Assembly (NCBI GenBank): GCA_964554465.1
Contig: CAZKOV010000002.1
Coordinates: 2,935-34,949 of the forward strand
From: an uncultured archaeon
Lineage (GTDB): Archaea > Aenigmatarchaeota > Aenigmatarchaeia > QMZP01 > QMZT01
Direction of reading: 5' to 3'
DNA length: 32,015 nucleotides
How positions within the stretch are numbered: the stretch's first letter is position 1; each line of letters starts with the position of its first letter. Of this stretch, positions 8,188-17,105 are shown one piece after another. A program made the position numbers and the translations under genes. Below the pieces are notes generated by a model that saw only the letters and a list, made by a program, of their open reading frames with translations, searched no databases and was not told the origin of the DNA.

Positions 8188-9431
8188 AAAGAGAATTAGT
8201 TTTAGTGACGGTTTTAGCAGTATTGGTTTTGTCAATGACATTACAGGTGAATGCTGCTGAAGACCCGAGGATAAGTGTAAGTTTCATAAGCCAGACTCCG
8301 GATCCTGTGGAACCTGGGGATTATGTAGAACTCAGATGGAAAATAGATAATCTGGCTTCGAAAAGCAATGATTATACATTCGAACTTGATTACAATTACC
8401 CGTTTAGTCTTGACGCCGGTGAAACTGCCCAAAGGAGTGTGGGTTCTCTTACAGGATATCAGACCCTTACAGACGGGGCAATAATATATTGGAAGATGAG
8501 AGTAGCCGAAGACGCCGTCGAAGGTGATATGAACAAGATTCAGGTAAAATATTGGAGAACCTCAGAACCCGGTTTTGTCGTAAGTTCTGGTGAACAGATA
8601 ATAAGAATCCAATCAAGGCAGGGACTTGCCGAAATTGGTCAGGTTAAAATAACACCAGAAGAAGTTGAACTTGGAAAAATGTTCGACATGAAAATAGAAA
8701 TAAACAATAAAGGTACAGGATTTATCAATAATGTAAAAGTGAAAGTAGATACAACAGGAACTGGATTTACTCCGGTAGGCACTACAAACCAGAAAATAAT
8801 AAAAAGAATTTCCGGACAAAGTTCACAGGAGATGACTTTCAAATTCTTTGTGGATGCTAACACGGAAATAAATGTGAACCAGCTTCCTATAAACCTCACG
8901 TATTATGACAAATTCTCAACAGCATACACGGATTCCGCTATAGTAGGCGTTCCCGTGTATGCGAAGCCAGCATACCTGACGAACCTTGAAGACAGCAATA
9001 TTTTCACGGCAGGTAAGAATGGTGAAATAGTTGTTAGTGTATCAAACATAGGAAAAGATATGATGAACTTTGTCGTTCTTGAACTGGTTCAGACAGATGA
9101 CTATGAAGTCGTAGGCTCGTCAAAAACATATCTTGGGAATCTTGAAAGTGATGACTTTGAAACAGGACAGTTCGATATATTCGTGTATCCAACAGAAAAG
9201 GAGTCGGTTCCGTTGGCCTTCAATCTGCACTACAGAGACAGTTATGACAAGGTTTACAGCGAATCGTTCACTGTGGAGAACAAGCTCTATACTACAGAAA
9301 AGGCAACCGAAATAGGTTTAATACAACAGGTCGATTACACTTCCGGTGCGATATTCTGGGTTATAGTAATTGCATTGGTAGCAATATGGTGGTACAGGCG
9401 CAGATGCAAGAAAAAGAACAAGAAAAAATAA
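8184..9431 (+). CDS. Secreted, C-terminally TM-anchored beta-sandwich repeat protein (COG1361 / CARDB-like accessory of archaeal MacB-type ABC systems, 415 aa)
   Basis: Signal peptide (LAVLVLSMTLQVNA-AE). Repeated x-N-x-G motifs (IEINNKGTGFINNVKV, VVSVSNIGKDMMNFVV). C-terminal TM plus basic tail (IFWVIVIALVAIWWYRRRCKKKNKKK). GAGGTGA SD and ATGA overlap with the ATPase gene. Confidence 0.55.
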   Translation: MKRELVLVTVLAVLVLSMTLQVNAAEDPRISVSFISQTPDPVEPGDYVELRWKIDNLASKSNDYTFELDYNYPFSLDAGETAQRSVGSLTGYQTLTDGAIIYWKMRVAEDAVEGDMNKIQVKYWRTSEPGFVVSSGEQIIRIQSRQGLAEIGQVKITPEEVELGKMFDMKIEINNKGTGFINNVKVKVDTTGTGFTPVGTTNQKIIKRISGQSSQEMTFKFFVDANTEINVNQLPINLTYYDKFSTAYTDSAIVGVPVYAKPAYLTNLEDSNIFTAGKNGEIVVSVSNIGKDMMNFVVLELVQTDDYEVVGSSKTYLGNLESDDFETGQFDIFVYPTEKESVPLAFNLHYRDSYDKVYSESFTVENKLYTTEKATEIGLIQQVDYTSGAIFWVIVIALVAIWWYRRRCKKKNKKK

Positions 9432-9464
9432 TCCACCCTCTTCCTTTATTTATTAAAATATTAA

Positions 9465-10688
9465 GTGGTCGAATTGATAAAACCGAGATATATTAAAATG
9501 GGACTGAAGTCTATTAGAGAAAGAAGTATTCGTAGCTGGCTTACTATTTTTGGTATAGTCATTTCCATTGCAGTCATTCTTACTTTATTGTCTTTGTCAG
9601 CAGGAGTCACTTATGCCGTAGAAGAGATGTTTGATGAATTTGGTAGGAACCGTATATTTGTCATTAGTGGGGGAGGCATGCAGGAAATGATGGGAGGATC
9701 ATTTCAGAATGGAATATCGAAAAAAGATATTGAAGCTATCGAATCTTTACCACAATTTAGATTTGTAGTGCCTGCTGTGGCAATACAGGCACAGAAAGTC
9801 GAATATGGGGGAACAGAATTATATCTCATGGTACAGGCATTTCCAAGTGATAACGCTGATATGGTAAATGAAGAATATAATATGAACGAATATGTAATCG
9901 AGGGCCGGCCATTTCAGGAAGACGAAAGAGGAGTCGTTGTGTTGGGATATAAAGTCGCAAAAAACACAGATGATTTCTTTGGTAAACCCATAGCATTGAA
10001 AAATTCAATATACGTCAACGATCGCAAGTTCCGTGTGATTGGCGTTATAAAAGAGTTCGGGAGTCCAGATGATAATTCTATTATGATACCCTTAGAGGAT
10101 GCAGAGGAGATTCTTGATCTGGGCGGTCAATATACAATGGTAGATGCTATAGTAAAGGACGGTGTCGATATCGATGTCGCTGAAGAAAGGCTTGTAAGAC
10201 TGCTTGAGCGGAGAAAGGGCGAGGACACGTTCACGGTTATGACTCCAGATTCCATAATAAGACAGTTCAATGATATGATATTTCTTGTGCAGGGCTTTCT
10301 TCTTGCAATCGCTTCGATAAGCCTTATTGTGGGTGCGGTCGGTATTGCAAATAATATGTTCACATCAGTTCTGGAACGGGAAAAAGAGATAGGCATCATG
10401 AAATCAGTGGGCGCCACAAATCACGATATCCTTCAGATTTTCCTTATTGAAAGCGGGTTGATAGGTTTTTTTGGTGGACTTGCGGGTGTCATCCTAGGTT
10501 CAGTTTTATCACTGATAATTGGAGAGATAGCCGCTGCCATGGGTTATGCTATGCTAAAAATATTAATATCACCCATCAACGTTATCGGTGTACTAGCATT
10601 CGCATTTTTTGTCGGCATGATATCGGGTTTAATACCCGCTTGGTCTGCATCAAGAAAGAAGATTATTGATACTTTGAGGGAGCACTAA
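9465..10688 (+). CDS. ABC transporter permease, FtsX/MacB type (407 aa; GTG at 9465 or ATG at 9498)
   Basis: N-terminal TM (RSWLTIFGIVISIAVIL), a large extracytoplasmic domain, and a C-terminal FtsX block (REKEIGIMKSVGATNHDILQIFLIES plus 3 TM). Confidence 0.85.
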   Translation: MVELIKPRYIKMGLKSIRERSIRSWLTIFGIVISIAVILTLLSLSAGVTYAVEEMFDEFGRNRIFVISGGGMQEMMGGSFQNGISKKDIEAIESLPQFRFVVPAVAIQAQKVEYGGTELYLMVQAFPSDNADMVNEEYNMNEYVIEGRPFQEDERGVVVLGYKVAKNTDDFFGKPIALKNSIYVNDRKFRVIGVIKEFGSPDDNSIMIPLEDAEEILDLGGQYTMVDAIVKDGVDIDVAEERLVRLLERRKGEDTFTVMTPDSIIRQFNDMIFLVQGFLLAIASISLIVGAVGIANNMFTSVLEREKEIGIMKSVGATNHDILQIFLIESGLIGFFGGLAGVILGSVLSLIIGEIAAAMGYAMLKILISPINVIGVLAFAFFVGMISGLIPAWSASRKKIIDTLREH

Positions 10689-11890
10689 TGGATCAACGTT
10701 TAATTAGAATGATCTGGGTAAGGTTCAGAGAAAGAAAACTTAGGTCTAGCCTCACGGTTCTTGGCATTTTAATAGGTATAACTGCACTAGTAGGTCTGAT
10801 ACTCCTCAGTTCCGGTCTCAAGGAAGGTGTCACCAAGCAGCTTGATGTGTTCGGTGCCGATGAGATACTTCTTTCTGCTAAATCGAATATAGGCTTCCAG
10901 GGTCCTTCTGGTTACGGTACCCTTACAACGGATGACGTAAGAACTCTGGACGCTATACCTCAAATACTGTCTGTTGACAGTCTGCTTCAGAGCAATATGG
11001 AAGTTCGATACGGACGTGAAAAGGTGCGTCTGTCAATAAGCGGTGTGGGTAATGATGCAGGAGACACCGACAGAACCGCAGAAGAGTATTTTGATCAGGA
11101 TATTCTTGCAGGGAGATATATGGAAGATTCTGATAGGTATGTTGCAAACATAGGTTATAGAATTGCATATGAGACTTTCGATAAAGATGTGTTGGTTGGA
11201 ACTAGTCTCGAAATAGGCGGAGATAAATACAGGGTCATTGGTATATTTGAAGAAGAAGGAGATATATCATCCGACAATATAATATATGTTCCCATAGAGT
11301 CGTTAAGAGATACAGTAGAAGATTCTAAAGCCATAACAGCGCTGATTGCAAAAATAGCTCCCGGAACAGATATAGATATGATGGTTGAACGTGTCAAATC
11401 TAAACTGGAAAGGAAGAGAGGAAGGGATGATATTGCAGTAACGACCCCGAAACAGATTAAAGAGCAGATAAACAGTCTTATTGGAGTTATAGATTTTGTT
11501 GTTATCGCAATTGCTTTGATAAGTTTATTCGTAGGAGCGCTCGGCATAATGAACTCGATGTACACAGCTGTTCTTCAGCGGGTGAGGGAGATAGGTATAA
11601 TGAAAGCAGTCGGTGCCAAAAACTCTCAGATATTAACATTGTTCCTCATTGAAAGTGCATTCCTTGGTTTTTTTGGAGGGGTGTTGGGGGTAATATTAGG
11701 ATTCATACTCGCATTTGGATTTATCGCAGTAATTAACACCTTTGGATTCATCAAGTTAGTGTTAGAGCCGGATCTTGTCCTTTTCGTTGGAGCTGTTGCC
11801 TTTAGTACAATATTAGGCATACTTTCTGGTTTCCTTCCGGCAGTCAGAGCATCAAAATTAAAGATAGTCGATGCACTGAGATATGAATAA
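10688..11890 (+). CDS. Second ABC transporter permease, FtsX/MacB type (400 aa)
   Basis: Paralogue of the preceding gene (RVREIGIMKAVGAKNSQILTLFLIES). TAATG stop/start overlap. Confidence 0.85.
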   Translation: MDQRLIRMIWVRFRERKLRSSLTVLGILIGITALVGLILLSSGLKEGVTKQLDVFGADEILLSAKSNIGFQGPSGYGTLTTDDVRTLDAIPQILSVDSLLQSNMEVRYGREKVRLSISGVGNDAGDTDRTAEEYFDQDILAGRYMEDSDRYVANIGYRIAYETFDKDVLVGTSLEIGGDKYRVIGIFEEEGDISSDNIIYVPIESLRDTVEDSKAITALIAKIAPGTDIDMMVERVKSKLERKRGRDDIAVTTPKQIKEQINSLIGVIDFVVIAIALISLFVGALGIMNSMYTAVLQRVREIGIMKAVGAKNSQILTLFLIESAFLGFFGGVLGVILGFILAFGFIAVINTFGFIKLVLEPDLVLFVGAVAFSTILGILSGFLPAVRASKLKIVDALRYE

Positions 11891-11891
11891 T

Positions 11892-12701
11892 TTAGCATAA
11901 AGAAACAGCAGCGCCTATTGCAGCGCAATATTCGGCATTTTCTGGAACGGTTGCCTTCCCTCCGAACATCTCCACAGTTTCAATCACGCGGTCTTTTATA
12001 ATTTCATTCAGAACGACCCTTCCGCATAACAAGATGTCATTTTTCAGCCTGCAGGATTTCGCGGCGAAGTACGTCATTACACCCAAAGTTTCCGCTATCA
12101 TATTAAGAAGACTTGATGCTATATCTTTTTTTTCATATTTTCCCTTTAGCTTTCCGAAATTTGATGCCGTGGCATCTCCCGGTATCCTGTATAAATCCGT
12201 CCCCATAATGTCATAGACGGATATATCCATATTACTCCTCCTGCCCATCTCAGCCATGGTCTCCGTTTCTTCGGCGGATGCATCCAGCATGAGTTTTGAT
12301 AAGCCTGTTATTGTTCCTCCACCGATTCCACTTCCTCCCAGATGTTCTATAACCTCGTTTTTTACTGAAACAAAAGCTGTTCCTGTTCCCATACTTACAA
12401 CAAAAATGGTCTTTTTTCCGGAAAGTTTTATTCCTCCAATTCCAAGCGAGATTATTTCATCTACACGGATGAAATTCTTTCCGAAAACGTTTTTTCCGAG
12501 CCTTCTCGATCTTCCACCAGTGACTGCGATTTTTTCTATGTCGTTTATTTGCATACTGCTTTTTTTCAGAAGTCGTTTCATGCATTCTTTCGCGACTTTT
12601 TCATCATTACCGTTTAGCATGACTTTTGATTTTATTTTGCCTCTATCCAGAATTACGCCCCGTGTGTTTGTCCCCCCGACATCGATCCCGGCCACAATCA
12701 T
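11892..12701 (-). CDS. coaW: Type II pantothenate kinase-like protein (CoaW/fumble family, ASKHA fold, 269 aa)
   Basis: Colinear, from memory, with Staphylococcus type II PanK (about 267 aa). Matching motifs: GIDVGGT, MGTGTAF, LGGSGIGGGTITGL, IPGDATASNFG and ENAEYCAAIGA. Confidence 0.7.
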   Translation of the reverse strand: MIVAGIDVGGTNTRGVILDRGKIKSKVMLNGNDEKVAKECMKRLLKKSSMQINDIEKIAVTGGRSRRLGKNVFGKNFIRVDEIISLGIGGIKLSGKKTIFVVSMGTGTAFVSVKNEVIEHLGGSGIGGGTITGLSKLMLDASAEETETMAEMGRRSNMDISVYDIMGTDLYRIPGDATASNFGKLKGKYEKKDIASSLLNMIAETLGVMTYFAAKSCRLKNDILLCGRVVLNEIIKDRVIETVEMFGGKATVPENAEYCAAIGAAVSLC

Positions 12702-12705
12702 ATTA

Positions 12706-14442
12706 TCATTTTCTTTTGCAGAAATAAAATGTTATTAGCAATATCGGGACGAACAACACCATCATTGACCACAAAGCTGTTCCCATTGGAACTCCTCCTA
12801 TGAACAGGGCTGCAGAACCGAATCCGGCAATGCCTTCACCGCCCATCATGCCGGCGGCGATGACAACACCGGCCGCATAAACATTGGCTTTCTTCCTGTC
12901 GAAATAGTATCTGATAAGGCCGCCGATTGCGAGAAGTATTCCGAGGACAGGTCCCAAGAACAATCCGATACCGAAGACCATCGGAAGGACTGGAGCTTTC
13001 CTTTTTGTCACGCTTTCAATGACTATCCAGAAGAATGCTATGGCAAAGCCCGCATAGAAAACCATCGGATTCGGAAAGCCGAAAATGCTTCCTGCAACGA
13101 GCTGGGCCTGCGGGGCCGGCATTGCCTGCGTGAAGAAGTCTGACCCGTAAGCCGTCGTTATTACATTGAGAACAACCGGGGCGAGTATTCCTGCAACAAT
13201 GACAGCAAGCATGTCGATTTTGATTATATCCTTTGCTTTTGTCCCTATGATTTGAGCTGACTTGTAGTCATGCCCTATGTCTCCTGCAATCGCCGCTGCA
13301 ATCGAGACGAAGCATACTATAAGGAAAGCCGGCAGGTATCCGAGAGGCGTGCTCATTATCGCGAATATGCCTAGAGACAGCAGTCCTACAATTATTCCGA
13401 ACTGCTCAAGCGGATTGATGTCGGTTTCGCCTGTCATCATCGATGCAACTGTAACCATTACCCATGTTCCTGCAACTGTTATTATCGATGCCAACAAGGG
13501 AATTCCTGCAAGCGTTAGAACAACAATGGCTATTACTGAGAATAGTGGTGTGTACTTTGTAAACCAGGGACTGTCCTTCCATCTGAACATCGGAGCGAAT
13601 ATCCTCTTTGCCCTCGGTATTATGTATGAGATGAAGAATCCTATTCCTCCCCCGAGGACGAATCCCATTCCAAGGTCTTTTGCAATTCCTGCTCCCGTTG
13701 CGGCGTCTATGCTATAGACTCCCGCAAGAATCGGTATCATCACGAACCAACCCAATACGGAACCGAGGAACCATGAATTGACCGAAGCCTTATGTCCTAA
13801 AATATATCCGATTCCAATCGCCATCGGCATCGGATAAAGGGTCAGTATGAGACCAAGTTCCGGCACAAACGGTATGGATAAACCTGCAGGGAAAAACAGA
13901 TCCCTCAGCAATACAAAAATGCCGGTCAGCGTCAGTGCGAATGCAATATAATATGTGTTTGTTCCTGTCTTTTCGCTTGCCTTCAGAACTTCGGCTCCCG
14001 CCGTTCCGCTCGGATAAGCAAGATTTTCTTCTTCAACAAATATTCTTCTTGTTGGCACGGATAACAACACTCCTAATATTCCTGCAACAACGCAGATAAT
14101 ACCGAGAATCCACGGATTCGGAAGAGCAACAGAAGATATACCTTGTTGCTGGAGATACAATATACCGGGTATCGTGAACACTAATCCTGAAGCCAATAAT
14201 CCTCCTATCGTCCCTCCGGCCTGCGCGACATTTATCTCATGAACATTTGTCGTCTTCATGAATTTTGAAAGGAACTTTAACAGCGCTCCTGCTACTATCA
14301 CAGCAAAAATGATAGGCCAGGGCAGAGCCCCTATTTTAAGGGCAATATACGATGACGTCGCCAAAAGAAAGACCGTCAGCAAAACAGCAATAATGCACGC
14401 TCTGAGCGTGAAACCGGAATTTCCTTTTTCCTCTGATAGCAT
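12706..14442 (-). CDS. OPT family oligopeptide transporter (about 578 aa from ATG 14442)
   Basis: Polytopic membrane protein. NVAQAGGTIGGLLASGLVFTIPG and AYPSGTAGAEVLKA resemble conserved OPT motifs. GGTGA SD 5 nt before ATG 14442 (the track start at 14445 is TTG). Confidence 0.75.
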   Translation of the reverse strand: MLSEEKGNSGFTLRACIIAVLLTVFLLATSSYIALKIGALPWPIIFAVIVAGALLKFLSKFMKTTNVHEINVAQAGGTIGGLLASGLVFTIPGILYLQQQGISSVALPNPWILGIICVVAGILGVLLSVPTRRIFVEEENLAYPSGTAGAEVLKASEKTGTNTYYIAFALTLTGIFVLLRDLFFPAGLSIPFVPELGLILTLYPMPMAIGIGYILGHKASVNSWFLGSVLGWFVMIPILAGVYSIDAATGAGIAKDLGMGFVLGGGIGFFISYIIPRAKRIFAPMFRWKDSPWFTKYTPLFSVIAIVVLTLAGIPLLASIITVAGTWVMVTVASMMTGETDINPLEQFGIIVGLLSLGIFAIMSTPLGYLPAFLIVCFVSIAAAIAGDIGHDYKSAQIIGTKAKDIIKIDMLAVIVAGILAPVVLNVITTAYGSDFFTQAMPAPQAQLVAGSIFGFPNPMVFYAGFAIAFFWIVIESVTKRKAPVLPMVFGIGLFLGPVLGILLAIGGLIRYYFDRKKANVYAAGVVIAAGMMGGEGIAGFGSAALFIGGVPMGTALWSMMVLFVPILLITFYFCKRK

Positions 14443-14513
14443 CAATTCACCAAATACAAAACAGCTAAGTATTAACTATTCTGGAAGGTCAATATATTAA
14501 AAGGTTTAGGTTC

Positions 14514-15164
14514 TTACTCGACAATTTGATATATTTTAACAGATTCGTCAGAATACACTTTCTTAAAACCTTCTACTTCTTTTCCGTCTGTCATTTGATA
14601 TAAAATAGTGATATTAGCCTTTTCCTTGGGTCTGAACCTGTCATCTACGTAATCATTAGGATCGTATCCAAGCGAAAGTGAAATTGCATATATCTTTTCC
14701 CTGTCGCTTTTTGTGACAAGTATGTATTTTGAATTATATTTATCCATGATTTCCTTTGTTTTACCAGGAACTTCGGTCATCAGCGCGATCGCAACATCCT
14801 GTATCTTTTCATGGGGAGTGCAATCCGGGCACTCGACTTTTTCTAATTCCTCTTCAGACATTCTGGCATATTTGGCAACAGTTCCCAGAATCTCTCTTGA
14901 GGGAGCAAATATGACAGCTTCTCTTTCTGCCATGCCTCTTATCATATGGCCGTAATCCCACCAGCTAAGGAAAACCGCATCTTTCGGTGTGCTGGCCCTT
15001 ATCCAGTCAAATGCATCGAAATAGCGCTCATCGACATAGCTGGTATAATTTTCGCCGTCCTTGGTGTAATTGAAATGTTCAACACGTTCTGGTTCGATTG
15101 GTGCCTCCTGAGTACAACCGCTTATCAGGATAATTAATAAAAATACCAGAATTGCACATTTCAT
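14514..15164 (-). CDS. Lipoprotein-like stand-alone STT3/AglB C-terminal (WWDYG) domain protein (216 aa)
   Basis: Lipobox-like signal MKCAILVFLLIILISGC. DAFDWIRASTPKDAVFLSWWDYGHMIRG carries the oligosaccharyltransferase WWDYG hallmark and its usual flanks. No multi-TM catalytic domain. Confidence 0.65.
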   Translation of the reverse strand: MKCAILVFLLIILISGCTQEAPIEPERVEHFNYTKDGENYTSYVDERYFDAFDWIRASTPKDAVFLSWWDYGHMIRGMAEREAVIFAPSREILGTVAKYARMSEEELEKVECPDCTPHEKIQDVAIALMTEVPGKTKEIMDKYNSKYILVTKSDREKIYAISLSLGYDPNDYVDDRFRPKEKANITILYQMTDGKEVEGFKKVYSDESVKIYQIVE

Positions 15165-15196
15165 TTTTTACGATTGTTTTGAGAAGTTAAATAAAT

Positions 15197-16066
15197 TCAA
15201 TCTCTCCATTTGTGGTTGGGGTTTCTGGGCATTATTATCCACATTATTATATACAATAAGATGCCTGCTCCCCATGATGCGAAGGATGCCACAATCCATA
15301 TGAATCTTATTATAACGGGATCAATGTTGAGATATTCAGCAATACCTCCACAGACCCCGCCCAAAATCTTATCTTTTCCCGACCTGTACAATCTGCGTGG
15401 TTTTGCTGTTTCTTTTGTTATGGATTTGAGTCTTTTCATTGAAGTTCCCCCTTCACAAAAAATCGATTTTCCCTTCCACGAGCACTCCAATATAAGAAAA
15501 AGGTATCCAAGAAGAATTATGATCCAGAAAATCCAAACAAGATTGATGTTAATGTAGAACGACAATTCACTCAGTCTGGGATTTGATAGTGATACGTTTG
15601 CAATGTTAATGCCTTCGGCCAAAAGCCAGAAAAAGACTGTCAGACCCAGAGCTATTATCAGGGGGGATATCGCTTTGTGTATTTTTGGCCTTATTTTTGA
15701 CAGGTATGAAGTATAAGAAAAGAACAGCATCAAAATGAAAAATGCTCCTATATTCACCGAAAGGAATACACGCAGGGTCATTAATACATTACTCCCGGTG
15801 ACCGGGCCCAAAAACCCGAGCACCCATATGAATATTGAAATTACGATAATGCCAAAAATAGTTGAAAGCAAAGGGCCTATAACGCCGAACGTTGAACGGA
15901 ACCAGATTTCCAGTTTATCACCGTGCTCCTCTATTTCATCTTCGAAACGTTCTCCAAGTTTTTCAACTTCCTCCGCAAAATGTTCTAACCTTTCGTCCAT
16001 AGGAGGGACTGATTCGGCTTTCTTTCTTGTTTTTCTTTTCACCGATTCCTTCTTTTTTGGAGGCAT
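15197..16066 (-). CDS. PspC domain-containing membrane protein (289 aa)
   Basis: The C-terminal LYRSGKDKILGGVCGGIAEYLNIDPVIIRFIWIVASF is a typical PspC domain. An acidic cytoplasmic N-terminus and several TM helices precede it. Confidence 0.75.
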   Translation of the reverse strand: MPPKKKESVKRKTRKKAESVPPMDERLEHFAEEVEKLGERFEDEIEEHGDKLEIWFRSTFGVIGPLLSTIFGIIVISIFIWVLGFLGPVTGSNVLMTLRVFLSVNIGAFFILMLFFSYTSYLSKIRPKIHKAISPLIIALGLTVFFWLLAEGINIANVSLSNPRLSELSFYININLVWIFWIIILLGYLFLILECSWKGKSIFCEGGTSMKRLKSITKETAKPRRLYRSGKDKILGGVCGGIAEYLNIDPVIIRFIWIVASFASWGAGILLYIIMWIIMPRNPNHKWRD

Positions 16067-16091
16067 ATTAATCTATTAATGAGTTTCCTAT

Positions 16092-16502
16092 TTATAACTC
16101 ATTTCCCAGAACTACTTCATTATCAGCATTCCATGCGGGTTCTACTATACACAAAAAGACTAGATCTTTATCTCCTGTGTTCTTTATTCTCTGGACAGAA
16201 TCGGGTGGGATATGTATTGCATCTCCAGATCCGACTTCTTTTGTTTCATCATCGATATACATCAGTCCGCTTCCTTCAAGAATGTAATAAACCTCTGAAG
16301 ATTGTTTCAGTTTATGTCTGTGCGTGATTTCTCCCGGCTTTACGGTTGCTTTTGCGAGGCTGTATCCTACCAGATTATCTTTCTTTCCAATTAATTCCCT
16401 CAAAATACAGTTGTCACCAGCAACAATTTCTTCACAATCTTTCAGGTTTCTGACAAACATAATATCACCTACTTCAATATCTTCTGCGTTTCGCTGTACC
16501 AC
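16092..16502 (-). CDS. Cupin domain protein (136 aa; alternative ATG at 16460 removes the overlap with ogg)
   Basis: Cupin motifs PGEITHRHKLKQSSEVYYILEGSG and GDAIHIPPDSVQRIKNTG. Confidence 0.7.
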   Translation of the reverse strand: MVQRNAEDIEVGDIMFVRNLKDCEEIVAGDNCILRELIGKKDNLVGYSLAKATVKPGEITHRHKLKQSSEVYYILEGSGLMYIDDETKEVGSGDAIHIPPDSVQRIKNTGDKDLVFLCIVEPAWNADNEVVLGNEL

Positions 16503-17092
16503 AGATAAAAATCAAGTTCTCCCTGACTCAGTCCTGTCTTTTTTGCGATCTTTCCGAGAAGTCCTTCTATTTCCAGATATTTCTTCTTGGATATCGTTTT
16601 GGGTCTTTCTATCAGGCCGTAATCAACCAGAACATCGATGATATGGAAATCTATTATTGCGAAGTTCTCATAACCGATGTTCCGGAGGAAATGGCTGGCC
16701 TCCTTGTAGCCGAGACCCTTTATGTTCTTAACTATCCAGTCTCTTAGCTCATTTCCATCCTTCGAGTCTATCAATTCTTTCAGGAAATCCCCGTATTTCC
16801 TGTTGCAGGCGATGTAATTGGCACGGGTGTTGGGAAAGCGATGACCAAGTTCTTTCAGTTTTTTTGCAAGCTTCTTTTCCTCCAGATTCAAAAAACAGTC
16901 ACCCATTTTTTCTTCTATTTCCATAGCGCGTTTTGCATCGAAATTGGCAGTCATTATACAGAAACACATCTGCTTGAATATTTCATGACTCGGTTTCTTT
17001 CTATTTTCCCTGAATTGTTTCATTTTTAAGTCTACAATATCTTTTACTTCGCTGTTCTTCAGTTTTTCAACTAATTCTATTAATTTTTCCAT
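16469..17092 (-). CDS. ogg: Archaeal-type 8-oxoguanine DNA glycosylase/AP lyase (Ogg2 class, HhH-GPD, 207 aa)
   Basis: HhH plus catalytic Asp region (IKGLGYKEASHFLRNIGYENFAIIDFHI). The size matches the short archaeal Ogg class. AGGGGA SD; the start lies 13 nt after the rubrerythrin stop. Confidence 0.8.
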   Translation of the reverse strand: MEKLIELVEKLKNSEVKDIVDLKMKQFRENRKKPSHEIFKQMCFCIMTANFDAKRAMEIEEKMGDCFLNLEEKKLAKKLKELGHRFPNTRANYIACNRKYGDFLKELIDSKDGNELRDWIVKNIKGLGYKEASHFLRNIGYENFAIIDFHIIDVLVDYGLIERPKTISKKKYLEIEGLLGKIAKKTGLSQGELDFYLWYSETQKILK

Positions 17093-17105
17093 GATTCCCC
17101 TTTAT

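Noticed and set aside
14514-15164. aglB pseudogene fragment
   Set aside because: The ORF is intact and has its own ATG and a signal/lipobox-like N-terminus. The upstream neighbour is a PspC protein with no STT3-like membrane domain. I treat it as a bona fide stand-alone domain, pending a check.
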